Positions 51,573 through 64,000 of a stretch of DNA of 64,000 nt are shown piece by piece (the first letter of the stretch is position 1; every line of letters begins with the position of its first letter). Origin of the DNA: Octopus vulgaris. Taxonomy: Eukaryota. The notes beneath the pieces were generated by a model that saw only the letters and a list, made by a program, of their open reading frames with translations, searched no databases and was not told the DNA's origin. The stretch is from NCBI GenBank assembly GCA_951406725.2, contig OX597820.1, forward strand, positions 39,556,001-39,620,000. The letters run 5' to 3'. A program made the position numbers and the translations under genes.

Positions 51573-52077
51573 TGAGTGAGAGAGCAGTTCATGCCATCAA
51601 AGTGACACTGGGGTAAAATATACGAAGCCCAATATACTCATCATGACTACCCGTCTGATAAGGGTACACCAGGCACATGCATCACAACCATATGTGCGCG
51701 ACATGGTGATCTCATATCAAGGAAAAACAGCGCATGACCTTGCAGGTGGGGCCCAGTTAGAATTTTCTTCAGGTCGAGTAGCCCGTCCCGCTCAAAAGGT
51801 CCCTGAATAAGGGTTATTTAAGGATGTTGAAAGAATCACCCATGTTTCCAGAGGTGAATTATTCAAACCCCAAAGAATCCCTCTCAACACATGGCTATGA
51901 TGCTCCCCCACTACTTTTGCTCGTGATCAGAGATGCACATATCGTCAGCCACTAAGGGACATGCTCAACTGGTTAAGGTCAAACAACTGACAAGCAAATC
52001 TGTGGCATTGAGCAGAATATTTGCTGTAGCCCATCTTTTATACCAAGACAAAACAATGTACATGATGACACTTCCAA

Positions 52078-52079
<2 letters not shown>
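51573..52079. mobile_element. Unclassified 500-bp complex sequence between (ATT)n tracts, probable interspersed repeat
   Basis: Sharp boundaries with pure (ATT)n on both sides, higher GC than the flanks, no ORF or TIR seen. Confidence 0.5.
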
Positions 52080-52156
<77 letters not shown>

Positions 52157-52168
52157 CATTATTATTAA

Positions 52169-52335
52169 AGCGGTGAGCTGGCAGAATCATTAGCACACCT
52201 GGCGAAATGTTTAGCGGTATTTCGTCTGTTTTCATGTTCTGAGTTCTAATTCCGCCGAGGTCGACGGAGAACTGGGGTCGATGTAATCGACTGGCGCCTT
52301 CTCTCAATATCAGCCTTGTGCTTATAGTAGAAAGG

Positions 52336-52336
<1 letters not shown>
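52169..52336 (+). mobile_element. SINE family A with internal deletion
   Basis: GCGGTGAGCTGGCAGAATCATTAGCAC...CCGCCGAGGTCGAC|...ACTGGGGTCGATGTAATCGAC. Confidence 0.82.
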
Positions 52337-52394
<58 letters not shown>

Positions 52395-52984
52395 AACTAC
52401 TTTATCATTATCAGTTTTTACCTGTTCACCTTCTTGAGATATGTATTTGTATTTCGTTAACGGTAGTATTTATTCCTGTTTTCCTTGCATCACATCCATC
52501 TCTATAATAAAGCAGGATTATCTGATTATCATCAACATCACCGCCTAGACAATTAATACCAACATCGTCATCGCGATACTAATCATCGTAACCTATGGAC
52601 AATATCTTCTTCTTGTTTTTGTTCTTGTTCTTGTTCTTGTTGTTGTTCTTCTTCCTTTTCTCGTCCTCCTCGTCCTCATCGTCCTCTTCCTCCTCGCCCT
52701 CGTCCTCCTCCCCCTCTCCTTCTTCTTTCTTCTTCTTCTTCTTCTTCTTCTTCTTCTTCTTCTTCTAGTTTTGTTGCTGTTGTTGCTGCTGCTGCTGCTT
52801 CTTCTTCTTCTTCTTCTTCTTCTTCTTCTTCTTCTTCTTCTTCTTCTTCTAGTTTTGTTGCTGTTGTTGCTGCTGCTGCTGCTTCTTCTTCTTTTATGAT
52901 GCCCCCTTCATACTTCAAACTCACAAATGTCCTCTGTTCGTTCTGGAGGTTAAGGAGGTGATTTAACTCTTAATCTCAATTACA

Positions 52985-53200
52985 ACATAGGAATAGAGAC
53001 GTTCTTAGCAACCGTTAGAAGTTTTATTGCTCCCTGCAGTGAATTGTTTCTATTCCTACGTCTACTACACGGTTATTTACACGATTTGACAAAACGAAAT
53101 CCATAGTTGCTAAGGTATTTGCTATGTCTATGTCGCTATATTTGCATGGGGTATTCGACTGGACTAAGTGCGCCGTTGCTAAGACGTATGGCAAATGCAC
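52985..53200. promoter_or_regulatory. Candidate cis-regulatory module (three RFX/X-box-like words plus an octamer)
   Basis: GTTCTTAGCAAC 53001-53012, GTTGCTAAG 53106-53114 and 53175-53183, ATTTGCAT 53140-53147, all in non-repetitive sequence. Confidence 0.3.
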
Positions 53201-53271
53201 AGCCTTATTTATCCGCTACGTATATCTCTGCTGCGCTGAGTAAACTCGGGCTGTAAAGCATGGACCTCGTA

Positions 53272-53303
<32 letters not shown>

Positions 53304-53911
53304 CAGACACACATTCACGTGTGTATATATGTATTTATCGCCCCTCTCCCCCCTCTCTCTCTATATATATGTATATATGTATATATGCATATATGTACGT
53401 ATGTGTATATATATATGTATATATGTATATATATGTATGTATGCATGTATATATATATATATATACATATACAAACATGTATGTATGTACTTGCTTGCAT
53501 ATCGCAGTTACAGCTTATATGTATTTGATTATACATTACTTTGCATCTTCATTTCTTTGCAGAACGCCATGGTTGTTTATATACATGCATACATACATAC
53601 ATACATACATACATACATACATACATACATACATACATACATACATACATACATACATACATACATGCATAATACATACAAAGACACACACACACACATA
53701 TATATATATATACATACATATGCGTATATAGACATATATATGCATATATATGCATATATATGCATATACATTCACACACACACAGACACACAAAGACACA
53801 CACACAGTCACACAGACGCAGACACAGACAAATAGAGAGAGACACACACACGCATAATCATGCACGCACATACAATGCACTATGCTGATGTTCATATATG
53901 TGTGTGTACAT

Positions 53912-53982
<71 letters not shown>

Positions 53983-54845
53983 CAGGGTCTCCCCAAATTA
54001 AGACAACAAACTTTTTCAATTTTACCAAAGCAAAATATTGTTATATTTCGGGTCCGAGAGTTACAATGGTAACAGAAACGCCAAATATGACACTACCACA
54101 TTTATTCGGTATGACCACTCCTGTTTTGAATAACAGCCTTAAGTCTAGATGCAAATGCTGCACACGCGGCACGTTGTTGCGAAATCGAAGCTTATTCCTG
54201 GCGCAGTTTTGCCTTTAGAGCGTCGATCGAAGCATGCGGAGTGCCTCCAAAATGAACCAAACAGAAAAATCCAACGGGTTGAGACCGGGGTTTCTTGAAG
54301 GCTATACATCCTTGGCTATGAACGAGGGAATCATTTTCTGAATCCAGTGTTGTGTCAGTTTGGAGCTGTGAAATGGTTCTGAGTCCTATTGGATGCTCCA
54401 AGGAGCACCTTGAAAGTGTTCATTCACCTATGGAAGCAGTTCAGCTTCTAGAATGTCGCTAATGTATCATTGAGCGTTAATTTTAACACCTGAGGACACA
54501 AAAACGAGGTTAGACCTTGCAGTGGCTGTTACAGCCGCCCAAACTATAACTGACAGTGGATTTTGACGTCGATTTACGAGTCTACACTCGACGGAGCCAG
54601 ATACATTCCAAAGTCGGTCATTCTAGTGGTTTACGTTTGTTCGATGTCAAATTTCTTTTCATCAGTGAACACTAGGTCGGGCAGCGTGTCTTCAGCAATC
54701 TGACGTAAGACAAGACGATTTCTCTCCAGTCTCATGGTTTTATATACTTACGTGAGCTCATAACGGCGTATCATCTGGCAGGGATGGGTCCTGAAATCCT
54801 CCCTCAACATTCTATACAACGATGTTCGGCTTATTTTTGCTATGA
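53983..54845 (-). mobile_element. Decayed Tc1/mariner transposon of the maT/DD37D type, 3' portion
   Basis: TA-CAGGGT end; the minus strand reads ISRTSLYRMLREDFRTHPCQM, DLVFTDEKKFDIEQ and PGLNPLDFSVWFILE (the SPDLNPLD motif). Confidence 0.82.
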
Positions 54846-54851
54846 CATACA

Positions 54852-54964
<113 letters not shown>

Positions 54965-55176
54965 TCACACGCACACACACACACACACACATACACACAC
55001 ACAAATATAGATATCTATTTGTGCATGCAAAATCTTTGCTTTGAAATTATTTAAATCACTTGGTTCTTCTTTCGAAAACAATACTTGACAAATTAGGTAT
55101 AGATAAGTGTCTTGTATGGGAGACATGAGGTGAGGTACCAAATCTTGGAAGTAAAATTTGTTATTGCAAACATATA

Positions 55177-55570
55177 GGCGCAGGAGTGGCTGTGTGGTAA
55201 GTAGCTTGTTTACCAACCACATGGTTCTGGGTTCAGTCCCACTGCGTGGCATCTTGGGCAAGTGTCTTCTACTATAGCCTCGGGCCGACCGAAGCCTTGT
55301 GAGTGGATTTGGTAGACGGAAACTGAAAGAAGCCCGTCGTATATATGTATATATATATGCGTGTGTGTCTGTGTTTGTCCCCCTAGCATTGCTTGATAAC
55401 CGATTCTGGTGTGTTTATGTCCCCGCTACTTAGCGGTTCAGCAAAAGAGACCGATAGATTAAGTACTGGGCTTACAAAAGAATAAGTCCCGGGGTCGAGT
55501 TGCTCGATTAAAGGCGGTGCTCCAGCATGGCCGCAGTCGAATGACTGAAACAAGTAAAAGAGTAAAAGAG
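55177..55570 (+). mobile_element. SINE family C, best-preserved copy
   Basis: GGCGCAGGAGTGGCTGTGTGGTAAG...GGGTTCAGTCCC, short internal (TA/TG)n, tail AAGTAAAAGAGTAAAAGAG. Confidence 0.92.
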
Positions 55571-55650
55571 TATATCCGATTTACATACTTACATATAAAC
55601 ATAGGTAGATACCATAACTGGTTTCCTCTGAACATTTATGCATGTATATG

Positions 55651-55711
<61 letters not shown>

Positions 55712-55991
55712 CGTGGGCACTCCGTCGGTTACGATGACGAGGGTTTCAGCGTGACACAGAGTGGGACAAAGCTGGCCCTTTGAAAATACAGGTACCACAG
55801 AAACAGGAAGAAATAATGAGAGAAAGTTGTGGTGTTAGAGTACAGCAGGGTTCCCCACCACGCCCTGCCGGAGCCTCGTGTAGCTTTAGATGTTTTCGCT
55901 CAATAAACACTCACAACGCCCGGACTAGGAATCGAAGCCGCGATCCTACGTCAGCAAGTCAGCTGCCCTAATCACTAGGCCATTGCGCCTC
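55712..55991 (-). mobile_element. SINE family B, internally deleted
   Basis: GCACTCCGTCGGTTACGA.GACGAGGG tail and GCTGCCCTAA.CACT.GGCCATTGCGCCTCC head. Confidence 0.85.
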
Positions 55992-56359
55992 CACAAATGT
56001 ATATACATACATACATACGTACGTACATACATATATATGTATATATATATTTGCACAAATCTATATCTATGTATATAAAAAAGGAAACAAAAGCTCTGCT
56101 GGACCGGAGGTGTCGTGTAACTCTCAGTCCATAGGTAGATCTGTTTGTTGTCATGTGGTATGCATGATATCGGAAGCCATTACGCAGTAGATCCCACCAA
56201 GACAATGAGAAAATGAGATAGTCAATAAATTTGGGCTCAATTGTAAGAGAAGTGTATAAGGATATCTGATTGCTTTGTCGATAGAACCACACGCACGAAT
56301 TAAGCTGGAAAAGCAGTCCCGTCGCATTCTTACGCCATTCCTTTGTACGTTTTCAATAC

Positions 56360-56590
56360 TTACGGTAAAACAGGGATTAATTTTACATTCTAATGTTTAT
56401 TCTTTGTTTACGGATTACTTTATACCACAGGGATTAAATTTGTATGGATCTTGCCATTTTAAAATGAGTTTAAATCAGATCCATATCAGACTCTGCATGC
56501 TGTATGTATTCGGAAGATGCTCTTCGGCAATGGAAAAAACAGGAAATATTCGTTCTGTTTATGGAAATAGAGCTTTAAGTACCCATGCAT
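56360..56590 (+). mobile_element. mariner 5' end with transposase N-terminus remnant
   Basis: MSLNQIHIRLCMLYVFGRCSSAMEKTGNIRSVYGNRALS resembles HIRHCMLYEF..G.SA..A..NI..VYG..AL. Confidence 0.7.
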
Positions 56591-57350
56591 TTCTGGATTT
56601 CTGGAAGGAGTCTTTCTGTGATGACCTGGAGACAATCCAAGAGTATTCGAGCTACAATAGCAAGTAGAGAGGTTCCACAATAACTTCCACAGGATTTTCT
56701 ATCTCCTTTCTTGAATGTATTGATGATAACGGTATCGCACATCTCTAGAAACAGGCTGAAGAGTTTAGCTTGCAAAGGCAGTGCGCCATGTGGCAGAAAT
56801 TAAAAAAAGATGTTATCATTTCCCGAAGGTTTTCTCGCTTTCATATATTTCATTGTATTCCGGAAATCTTGAAACGAAAAGTATATTCATCGAAGGTTGT
56901 AATAAATGGAAAGGACTTTTCACATGGAATCTTCAACTGTTTTCGACTCGTGATTTAGCAAAAGAGTGAAAATGTTCCTTCCATCGGTTAAGAATATCCT
57001 GCGAGTCAATTATGATGATAACACTATCTGTTGCTAGTAGAAAACCAAATTTATAGTATCAAACAGTTGTTTCATTCCAACTTAGGAGTTTCCAAGATCC
57101 CGAGCATCAGCATACGGTTGGAATGCTCTTGCTTTCTGCTCATAATACACGTTCTGCAGATCCTCGGCCCCGTTTGGCACTCTTGTTTGATCTTCTTGTA
57201 GCGAATTTCCTTAAAACTACATCTCAAGTCTTGTTCATAGAATAACTGGGCCTTTCGTTGATCATCGATTAATTTCCTCTCCGTTGTCATTAAACCATTC
57301 TTGGTTCTTACTTTTTTACTTTTGGAGAATCCAATATTGCATTTGGTAGA
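56590..57350 (-). pseudogene. RTE-clade LINE internal fragment
   Basis: NQEWFNDN and FKKGDRKSCGSYCGTSLL..ARILLDCL...ERLLPEIQ (the KKGDRxxCxNYRGISLL...LPESQ motif). Confidence 0.78.
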
Positions 57351-57445
57351 TAACTTCACATACATACATACATACATACATACATACATACAAACATACA
57401 TACATATATATATATGATAATATAAATAATACATACATACTTAAT

Positions 57446-57509
<64 letters not shown>

Positions 57510-57519
57510 TTATATATCC

Positions 57520-57685
57520 CTATATGGGTACAGGACGTTACCAGCTGTGTAAACAACATGAAGTACGAAAACAAGCCAGTTAAATACGCAAACAACGAAA
57601 GTAAAAATGGAAAACAGGACAAGTAACACAGAGAACGACCCTTCATCAGTTGTCGGCTATCTACTCCTCGTTTCGACCATTCAAC
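57520..57685 (-). mobile_element. Small Penelope-like/retrozyme-like repeat; copy 2 of the 225-505 family
   Basis: Reverse complement GAATGGTC-GAAAC-GAGGA-GTA-GATAGCCGACAA-CTGATGA-AGGGTCGTTC; flanked by TA-rich runs. Confidence 0.6.
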
Positions 57686-58060
57686 TTATATATATATGTA
57701 GATATACAAATTCGCTCATACGTATCACACACACACGCTCACGTACACACATAAACATGCACATACGCATGTACTTGCCCTGACTGTAGAAACTTGCGAC
57801 CAAAGCCTTCCATTCACGACCATCCTGTCATTTTCCCGGACACTATATCTCTGAGTACATTACCTATTACTAGAATCAATCATTACAAATCTACTGATTT
57901 TCCCTTCTTCGGATGCAATTTTAAATATTTAATGTATTTTGGCTGATCAGTACGCACTTTACTAATAGTTTTCATGTGGCAAGCGTCCTTGAATAAGTTG
58001 TACACTGTCATTTTCATGACTGAACCATTCCATTGTTTGATCTGAAGATCGACTGCTGCT

Positions 58061-58111
<51 letters not shown>

Positions 58112-58174
58112 CTCTATCTATCTATCTATCAATATAACTATCTATCTACTTGTCTGTCTGTCTGTCTCTCTGTG

Positions 58175-58243
<69 letters not shown>

Positions 58244-58367
58244 GTCTGTCTGTCTGTCTGTATGTCTGTATGTCTGTCTGCCTGTCTGTTTGTCCGTCTA
58301 TCCGCCCGTCCGTCCGTCTGTCCATCCATCCGTATATATAAATGTATGTGCGCATGTATATATGTAT

Positions 58368-58456
<89 letters not shown>

Positions 58457-58734
58457 CATACACACACACGCATATATATATACATATATATGAATATGTA
58501 TAAATATGTATATGAAAATATACACACCCACCCACATACGCACACACACACAGATGTATATGGAGAGATAGAGAGAGGAAAGGAGAGAGAAATGATGTTA
58601 TTAAAATTAGGTTCAATAATTATAATGAAGAAAAATGATGGCATCAGTTATTAATCAAATGATGGCAGAAGTGGGTTATCTTTCTCTAGTCTTCATATAT
58701 TTTTTCGTTTCCTACTACTTTTCCTTAAAAATTA

Positions 58735-58793
58735 CCATAACACCACCACCACTACCACCAATACCACCACCACCACCACCACCAGTACCACCT

Positions 58794-58853
<60 letters not shown>

Positions 58854-58915
58854 TATTACTACTACTACTACTGCTGCTGCTGTTTCTTCTGCTGCTACAG
58901 GTGCTGCTGTTGCTG

Positions 58916-58964
<49 letters not shown>

Positions 58965-59037
58965 CACCACCACCACCACCACCACCACCACCACCACTAC
59001 TACTACTACTACTACCACCACCACCACCACCACCACC

Positions 59038-59090
<53 letters not shown>

Positions 59091-59095
59091 CGCTG

Positions 59096-59166
<71 letters not shown>
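58735..59166. repeat. Compound (CCA)n/(CTA)n/(CTG)n trinucleotide array
   Basis: Direct reading; blocks switch by single-base changes in one register. Confidence 0.95.
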
Positions 59167-59167
<1 letters not shown>

Positions 59168-59989
59168 CGAGTTGACTTCTTACATTCTTCCTTTATCGAT
59201 TTTGTCCCGTTCGTTTCTTCAACAACTTTGTTATGTTATTAGATTCAAATTCCATCTCCACTCTTCCACTCTCCTTTCGTCTCCAACACAACAAAGGAAA
59301 ATGTCGTATTCAGAAGAAAATCCACACTATTAGATATTAGATTATTCTTTCGTATTTTCATATTTCATTATTGATTAACGAAGACAAAAAAACATGAAAA
59401 TACTATAAGAAATTTGATTCAAATTAACAAAGATGATATTTTTTTGTTTTTAATTGCTGCTAATGACGTGGGCTGCATATTACAAAGCAGCATCTTACCA
59501 AATGTTGTTGTCATCGTTGTTGTTGTTGTTGTTGTTGACTAATCCTAGATTTGCTCTGATTGCACTGTTGGGAAAGATGTTCCGTCTATGACCATCTCGT
59601 TTTATTTATTATCTTCTTGTGACGCAATGTTTCCATGCCAATAACAGCTAGTGTTGATTTCATTTTTTAGGAAGATGTGAGAGTATGATTTGAAAGAGAC
59701 TTGGTTGCTGTTGATAGCAAATCGAGTGACAAGGTAAAGACTCTTTCGTTGACTCGTCTTGCTGAGACCGATTTAAATCCACAATTCAAGTTGTTCCTCT
59801 TTAATTCTATCTCCAATCATCACTGGTACATCTCGATATCAAGAAGATAATTGTATTAGCAGAATGCTGACCTAAAACAATACTTACAACAAATATATTA
59901 GAATAAATTGACAAGACCATGTTATGAATAATGAAATCTTTAATCAAATTTGTCTCAGTAAATTTGGGGCCGAGATAAAATGAACAACC

Positions 59990-60340
59990 GCAATAGGATA
60001 ACCACGTGAAGAGAATGTCGGATTCCTGACTGCCGAAGATGGATATTGCATGAAGAAAGGCGTCAAGCTGGAGCTTTATGGCGGCGTTATAAGGATCAAC
60101 GAAAGCGAACACTTAAGAACTTTAATATTGATGAATCCTCGTGAAAAGTTGACACGTTTATTCGTACATTTTGGGATAAAAAAATTCAACATTGGATGTG
60201 AATTCTTTCAAAATAGCAGCAAACAGGAGTCTGAGAAAAGAGACGCTGGCGGACCAAGAACACGTTTGGATTCAGCATCGCTCCAAATTCCATGACCTTA
60301 TGTAGCTAACGTTCTCGAGAATGGCGTATTTGTTATAACT
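59990..60340 (+). pseudogene. RTE-clade LINE 3' region remnant
   Basis: NHVKRMSDS*LPK...RRQAGALWRRYKDQRKRTLK matches the GHVxRMxDxRLPK...KRYKDxLKxxLK motif. Confidence 0.7.
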
Positions 60341-60975
60341 TAAGTAGTTCTCTTCCCTTGAAGTTTATACCATTAATCAACCAATAATGAACGAGCCAAC
60401 GAAGGAAATATCTTTAATAATCTACAATATTTATTAATTAGATTTTAAACTCACTACGTTATGATGACATTGACACAATCCATTTGTTTCACGGATACAA
60501 TATGTTATCTGAATATTTCGTTATAAATAATCAGTATATTTTATTGTATAATACTATCATTCATAAGTTATTTCCTCTTCCTAGAATATTTCATTTTGAA
60601 ACAGTTGCAACTTTACAAGTCAAAAAATCTCTCTCTACTCTTTGACAACTTATCAAATGATAGTTTTGTTACTGAAGGAGCACGCTAACTAGATATCTTT
60701 TGAATAGCAATCACTGATAAAGTTGAGCCAAAGAGAGAATTTCTACACGGGTATATTAACTTGCTAGAAATAGCATCAAATCCCTTTTTAAATAACACAC
60801 GACCGTTTTAAACAAGAAAGGAAAAATTGGATAACGATGTCATTGGTACACTAAGTATGAGAGTAAAAAATTTTTAAAATTAAAGAAAACGGAATATTTA
60901 TTGCTGGAACTTGTTGAATTGTAATGTTTTCGATTGATGCTATTCTGGGACTGAAGAACCACTGAATAGTAGAAT

Positions 60976-61174
60976 GGGTTTCAAATTTTGACACAAGGCC
61001 AGCAAGTTTGGAGTGGTTAAGTCGATTACATCAACTTTACTATTCAGCTAATACTCCTTTTATAGACCCCGAAAGGATGAAAACAAGTCAACTTGAACTC
61101 AGAATGTAAAGACGGACGAAATGCGGCTAAGCATTTTCACGGCATGCTAACGATTCTGCCAGCCCACCGTTTTG
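60976..61174 (-). mobile_element. SINE family A, diverged, with 14-bp TSD
   Basis: TSD CTGAATAGTAGAAT at 60962-60975 and 61175-61188. Confidence 0.88.
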
Positions 61175-61860
61175 CTGAATAGTAGAATTAATCGAACGCC
61201 TGGTTTAATGCGAACACGTGGCTTTTGAGTGCCTTTTGTAGAGTCCATTTTGTTGCAAGTATTCACATCTGGTCTTCTGCCTGGAGATAGAGAACTCACT
61301 GCCACGATGCAATATTTCCTACTGTACAAAACGATGAGTGGAACTACTTTCTCGATTTTCATCCACCAGTCTTGGTCATTGGCAAAAAGTTTCGTCCTAT
61401 GACTTAGCCATAGACAAAAAAGCATTGCAATACTGTTTATTGAATATTGTTTCTTGTATTACAATAGCGTGTTTATTATTCATTATAGGAAAAATAACAG
61501 GACTAGATAACAGTAGAAATAAAAGAGCGAAGCTGTTCTATTTAGTATTCGAAATAATGGCATATTGAGAGATCTCGTAGTTACTAGTTAAAATAGAGTT
61601 CAAACTAGAAATCTAACTTTAATTTCTTCTATTATACAATACGTTTTTTCTCCTTTTCCATTTTCGGTTTTACTTTTCGTTTTTCTTTTTCATCAAAATT
61701 TTCCAGTTTTGCCTTCATTTCTTTATAAAACTTTCCACATTTGTTTCTTTCGCTCGCTCTCTGCCTGTTTGTCTGTCTGTCTGTCTGTCTCTCTCTCCCC
61801 CTCTCCCTGTCTCTCTTTCTATATATATATCTATATACATATATATGCATGTGTATATGC

Positions 61861-61945
<85 letters not shown>

Positions 61946-61983
61946 TATGTATATATGCATGCATATATATATTATGTATATGT

Positions 61984-62045
<62 letters not shown>

Positions 62046-62516
62046 ATATCTATCTATCTATCTATATATATATACTGAGAAAGAGAGAGAAGTGAGAGAA
62101 AGAAACAAGACAGAAAGTGGGGGGAGGGGGAGAGTGAAGGAGGAATATATAAACTATTGGTAAGTTAACAGTTGTCGTTTATTAAATTTTACATATAAAG
62201 CTCTTTCGCCATACACATACATGCACACACACACATATATACACAACATACACGCATATGCATGTAAGTAAACTTATATGAAAGCTTATATATATAGGTA
62301 TATATATGGATATATAAAGATAAATATATATATATATATTATACAAACTTATATATAAGTATATATATTAATGTAAGCTTATATATATAAGTATATATAT
62401 ATATATATATACACACACATATATATATATATTGAAATTGATATATATATACCATACATATGTGCGTATATATATGTATATATCAATATACATATATATG
62501 TATATATATATATATA

Positions 62517-62603
<87 letters not shown>

Positions 62604-63330
62604 TGTGTGTGTGTATTTGTGTGTGTGTGTAGGTACTCAAGAGTATGTATATGTCTGTATGTATGGATTATATTCCAGTTTGTCTTGTCTTCATATAAAT
62701 TCCAGTTTTTTTTTTCCTTTAAGCTTACCCAGTTTTGCTTCCATTTTTCTTTATATCTTTCATGTTTTTCCTTTTGTTACTATTTTTTTAGTAGTTCTTT
62801 GATGATTTTCCTAATACATTCTGATTTGTTTTTGTTAAATATTGTTTTTTTTCTCCCACTCTTCTTGTGCTTCTTTCGTTTTATTCATTATAACAACTCA
62901 TTTGTCTTTCATAATGTTCATCATAAATTTTTTAAAGTTTTAAATTTCTCACTCCTTTCAAAGTATATTCGAAGTTTCTTAAAATAATATCGACAGTCTT
63001 TGTATCTTTTGAGAGAATATTTTTGTTTCTAACTTTTGAAACTCTATAGAGATGGAAAGAAAAATAAAGTTAGCAATGTCGATATTAATGTTTTTGACAT
63101 TTATTTCACTGGATTAAGAGTCATTAGTTGTAGCTCTTCTGGTAAAAATGCAAAATCTCGAGAACGGAAAACAGATTTAGGACGAGCTTATATGATTTAA
63201 CTAACTCTGTTTACTGTCTATTTCAAACATCTGGAAGTCTCACTGAGGAACAGAAAAGCAAATATACATATTTTCTGCGATGTTTACATGTACATGTATA
63301 TATATGCATATATATGTATATACATGTATA

Positions 63331-63381
<51 letters not shown>

Positions 63382-64000
63382 TTATAATATATATATGTGG
63401 GTGTGTGTTTACAAGTTATAGGCTGTACTTAATGCGACATATGCCATGTCAGTATTAAGTTGTTAGAAAGCAAATAGAAAATTGTTAAAGAATTATAAAA
63501 CTCTTCAGTTCCAAAAAGATTTAAAGACTTTAAAGCCATCAACTTCAAAGCAGTAAAAGAACTAATCATGGCCTGGAACTAAGGGTAGAAACATTTCCGT
63601 ATCACAACAGGTGGTTGTCGTACCACCTAAGGATTTGACGCTATGTCAAATGTCAATGGACAACCAGTCTGGTTGAGCCCCGCTTCGTTCCAAACTGTCA
63701 GATATGATCGGAAACCGTAGATACAAGAATTGTAGTGAGATGACTTAATAGGAACTTGAATTTGGTTACAAACTTGGTTAGTACTTTGCAATTAAGCATT
63801 TATGTAAACTATATACTTCGCCTGTATCAGTGCTGAATTTTTATTTTAAATTTGCAGGTAGTTAATTAATTCAATGCTGCTTAAGGTTATAAACGTTAAA
63901 GTAAAAGTTATAATTGCGGTCCATAATAATAAAATTGTACGCTTTAATATGCAGGCAAGACTGGGGAACACATTTAATGTGGCTTTAAACTACAATTACC

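Noticed and set aside
51654-51680. CTGATAAGGGTACACC as a hammerhead core (also CTGACGAG at about 44618)
   Set aside because: No GAAA follows the putative helix II in either case.
61147-61425. Possible piggyBac C-terminal remnant or host exon
   Set aside because: Only a vague WW-containing resemblance; no catalytic or Cys-rich motif and no TTAA-flanked TIR.

Overview
Eukaryotic, AT-rich, repeat-saturated non-coding DNA (intergenic or a large intron). The tRNA-headed SINE families and extreme microsatellite density look like an octopus (coleoid cephalopod) genome; this assignment comes from pattern recognition, not a search. I found no credible host exon, RNA gene or CRISPR array, and almost all ORFs in the track are microsatellite read-throughs. 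Recognisable content: a decayed Ty3/gypsy element (31.8-34.5 kb) and an integrase fragment, several RTE-clade and R4/Dong-type LINE remnants, five Tc1/mariner/pogo relics, a Helentron/DINE-like end, about 25 SINE segments from four modular families, a foldback element family, and a satellite with a 152-bp higher-order repeat. The most interesting structures are: (i) small Penelope-like elements with degenerate hammerhead-ribozyme cores at the junctions of long inverted repeats, (ii) a SINE array whose units are separated by a repeatedly regenerated 11-16 bp target sequence, (iii) recurrent SINE dimers/trimers and unusually long target duplications, and (iv) a unique island with clustered RFX-like and octamer motifs. 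None is shown to be a new system; all are testable hypotheses. Coordinates were counted by eye and the ends of decayed elements are approximate.
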